Positions 63,086-64,000 of a stretch of 64,000 nt of DNA are shown here, in pieces; position 1 is the first letter of the stretch; each line of letters starts with the position of its first letter. The stretch is taken from NCBI RefSeq assembly GCF_037042905.1, contig NC_087250.1, forward strand, positions 27,158,001 to 27,222,000. Reading direction: 5' to 3'. The notes beneath the pieces are model-generated. The model worked only from the letters and a program-made list of their open reading frames with translations. It did not search any database and was not told where the DNA came from. The stretch comes from Lytechinus pictus (taxonomy: Eukaryota). Both the position numbers and the translations under genes were made by a program.

Positions 63086-64000
63086 CTTTTTTGACTTTTC
63101 AAATGAAAACTTTATTTACAAATTATAATCACAAAAGTCAGGTATATAATAAAAGAATAGTTTGACATAAACATTCAAATGAGATCAGGTTGATTACAAG
63201 CACAGAGTTATAAAATCAAATGTTTAAATGAGCCATGCAATGCTGCCCTCGTTAATTGTAAAAAGTAATCTATTCATACACCATTTACGTGAAAAAGCAT
63301 CAATATTAGAACATAATTTGTAATAAGTAAATTCATAGAGTATTCTGTTTTTGAGACGATGTAACCAAATTATAAGTGGATCGGTGAAATTTGAGGTACG
63401 GTACATAGAATAAATTGTACTTTTTAAACTAATAATAAGGAAATTAGCAAGGCGGATAGTCTTTCCGTCACGCCCTCTGGCATGCGGAATGAGTGCCCAG
63501 TACAGGTCAAAATTAAGTTTGAGAGAGGGGAGGAGATTGTTCAACAGTCTATGAAGAAGATTGAGAGGGGGTTGAATTCCTTTACATTCGATGAACAGAT
63601 GTTGAATGGTTCCTGCTTCTCCGCACCATCCGCAAAAAGAAGAAATGTCTGTATTAAGATGATGGAGTACAGTGAGCGACGGTAAAATATTGTGAAGGAG
63701 TTTGTATTGAATATCAGCCTCTTTTTTAGGTGTTGGTAGTTGATAGATAGATAGCCAGTTCACTTTTGTAGATGGATCGAGAAATCCAGTATCATGCCAA
63801 TGTGAGCTTGATGAGATTGTCGTGTTATCTAGTTCTTTCCTGTAGATTGTGTAGATGGCTTTAGAAGAAGCAGTAAGTCCATTTTCGGAAGAAGCCAGAG
63901 TGAAGTTGATCGGAGTTACTGGAGCAGACAATAAATCAGAGTATTCGTGTTGACAGCCTGAGTCATTAAAATATGTAGGAAAAACTTTAGAGAGTGCAGT
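63085..64000 (-). mobile_element. 3' end of an L1/Tx1-clade LINE (ORF2 C-terminus, zf-RVT region), continuing beyond the window
   Basis: The frame is open from 64000 to 63224 with W.SIY…ADIQYKLLHNILPS…CGWCGEAGTIQHLFIEC. Short 3' UTR, AATAAA, and AAAAGTCAAAAAAGT joined to (CTTT)n. Confidence 0.85.

Overview
This is an AT-rich, repeat-dense animal genomic window. Its repeat families and protein styles suggest an echinoid (sea urchin), which is an inference. It holds two + strand spliced genes that I reconstructed from GT/AG sites and intron phases. The first is the 3' end of a gene with a C-terminal death-fold domain (exons 817-967, 1586-1742, 4031-4323, 4539-4549). The second is a three-coding-exon gene (45303-45579, 49479-50000, 52802-54390) joined by phase-1 introns into a 795-aa protein: DEATH domain - TIR domain - coiled coil - beta-propeller (NHL/TRIM-tail-like). 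This DD-TIR-CC-propeller architecture is the headline finding. A truncated, transposon-riddled pseudogene copy of its last exon plus ~4.5 kb of 3' flank lies ~42 kb upstream. A candidate kappaB-site/Inr/non-coding first exon sits at ~27.8 kb. The rest is mobile DNA and repeats: a two-ORF CR1/L2-group LINE with both ORFs intact, a full-length but frameshifted Gypsy element (212-bp LTRs, CAAAG TSD) carrying nested MITEs, a decayed LINE, a Tx1-like LINE at a (GAAA)n tract, SINEs, many TTAA- and 8-bp-TSD non-autonomous DNA transposons, fold-back elements and a 23-bp palindromic minisatellite with a 690-bp higher-order repeat. No database searches were run. Domain calls rest on motif recognition by eye.
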